Assembly: GCA_035221665.1 (NCBI GenBank)
Contig: CM069140.1
Location: 42,036,001 to 42,100,000 of the forward strand
From: Okamejei kenojei
Lineage: Eukaryota
Length of the DNA stretch: 64,000 nt
Reading direction: 5' to 3'
Every line of letters begins with the position of its first letter. The stretch's first letter is position 1. Under the pieces are notes generated by a model. It saw nothing but the letters and a program-made list of their open reading frames with translations. It was not told where the DNA came from and searched no databases. A program made the translations under genes and the position numbers. This document shows, one piece after another, positions 62,094-64,000 of this stretch.

Positions 62094-64000
62094 TACTATC
62101 TTCATTAGTTCCTCAACATATTATTTCTCAATATTATAAGAGTACCATTTTCTATGCCATTTGATTATGTCCTCCACACCTTGACTGGTGATTTGTTTTG
62201 TATGTTAAATCCACCTTGATAATGTTTTAAACCTTACTACATAGACTTTTAAAGTCTAGATTAATACTATGTCCATTATCACTAACCATCTATGTTTTGA
62301 AGTTTGCACACAACTTCCACCAATATTTTGTATCTATTGCTGTTTCGTAGCTCCATCTAAACTAATTTTACTCTGAGCTACGATCCTTTTGCTCTGTTGC
62401 TTCTATCTTATTCTTTAATATTAGCGCTACAACTCCTTCTTTTCCATTTTATTTATATTTTCTAAATGTTAAGTATATTGAGATATTTATTTCCTAACCT
62501 TGTTCAATTTATAACCAAGTTTCTGTGATGGGCTATTAGATTTTATAGATTTATTTCCGTTTGTAACACTTATTCACCTACCTTACTGTGAATGCTGCAT
62601 GAATTCAATTAAAGAGCTTTCCATATAATTTGATTCCCTGTTTTGATTCCAATTGGAGGTATATTCTTATGTTTGAATGCATCGTCATTTCTTAAGATAA
62701 TCGTTTTTTTCATTTGCTACTTGCACATTGTTCTTTCTCTTTAAATTTCTCTACTTCCCCTTGCCTGAACTTACCCCACGTTAAATAATTGTGGATTGAA
62801 GGTCTGGACCTGAGATATTTGTTTTTGATTGTGAAAGTGGGAACACAGATAGCATGGGAAAACTTTGAGAGAATAGGATGCTTCAAGCATATTAGTTTAT
62901 TGATGATATTGAAATAAATTGAAATAAATAATAAGTCAATATTCCTGAATTTGATACAGATGGGTGAAGAGACATGCATGGCTATCAACAGGTGATTCCT
63001 TTCAAAACTGAAATAGTTATATGAAAGCACTAGGGCACCATGGAGAGGGGCTAGCATGTGTAGGTCTAAATGCCGGTGATAAAAACATGACATGAGTATT
63101 TTTTCATTATGTAAGAAATATTGGGATACAAAAGAATACATTAACAATTAAACATGAATAACAAATATGTGGCAAAAGAGTGGAAAGTAGAATAAAAAAA
63201 GAACGAGGACTTGAAATAGTTGAAAAACAAGAGCTAGATGTAAATAGATGATCATCAAGTCATCCCATGAACTATCGAGAGAAGATAGTTGGTAAGTGTA
63301 AAATTTGTAATTGTACAAAAATGTATTTGTTTAAAATAATTTTCACCCACGTGAAATTAGTTTGGAATCACCGTGTATAATGTTAGTAATTTTTGTCTTA
63401 ATTGCATGTTGGTAGCAATTTCTGGACCTGGCTTTCCCCCAATGCCAACTCAACCCCCGTGCAGTCTCAGTATTGTGAGATAGCTTTTTAGACATTCAGG
63501 ACAGGAGCAGAAATGTCTGAATGTGAAAACTGAACTCAATGCCTTTTGTCCCTGGCACAATTTCTATGGCCAATTCACTGAATCTGTCTCTCTTCTTTGC
63601 CACGTGCTTGCAATCTTGATACTCTATTTGAATCTGATATTCTAACAATATGTCTCTGCTATCACCAACACTTTCTACTTTAGCAACATCTTATTCTGCC
63701 TCTTTTCAGTCCCTTCTGCCTTTGTTATTGTTACACAAATTTTACAATTCCACTTCCAGTAAGCTTCCCATCTTACATGCTTCAAAACTCTTGCAAATCT
63801 CTTCGGATTATACCCTAACCTGCATGTTTTCATTCATTTTCAACCTGTGCTCACTAACTTGGCTCACCAGAAGAACCATGTCTCAGTTATATCTGGATAA
63901 AGTCTGATACCTTTTCACTTTCCCCTCCCATTTTCCGTAAATAACCTACCCTACTCCCCCCCCCCCCTCCACTGGTCCTATGATCTTTGCAAAACATATG

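Overview
Vertebrate genomic DNA, most likely a cartilaginous fish (skate/ray or shark, inferred from the repeat repertoire: HE1-type V-SINEs, CR1 LINEs with (TTTCTATG)n tails, abundant Penelope-like fragments). The window holds the 5' end of the transcription-factor gene NFIA on the + strand: coding exon 1 (33850-33876, MYSPLCLTQ), the 532-nt DNA-binding-domain exon 2 (39380-39911) and the first 24 kb of intron 2. The flanks (1-23 kb, 48-64 kb) are rich in transposon relics (CR1, Rex1/Babar, L2/Crack-like, V-SINE, hAT, Tc1, a MITE, Penelope-like elements); 23-48 kb is almost transposon-free and ~17-38 kb is AT-rich but visibly CpG-retaining. Most notable observations: (i) about a dozen minimal hammerhead-ribozyme motifs (CTGAAGA-A-GGGT-CTCG-ACCC-GAAACGTC) of Penelope-like origin, several inserted as ~60-170 bp cassettes with target-site duplications, including a perfect tandem double hammerhead and an intact sense-strand copy in NFIA intron 2; (ii) a 27-codon uORF whose stop overlaps the NFIA start (TAATG); (iii) two candidate in-frame alternative first exons and a candidate 12-nt microexon; (iv) a dense nuclear-receptor half-site cluster in intron 2. 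No prokaryotic systems, tRNA/rRNA genes or CRISPR arrays were seen. All calls are by eye; old-repeat boundaries are approximate.
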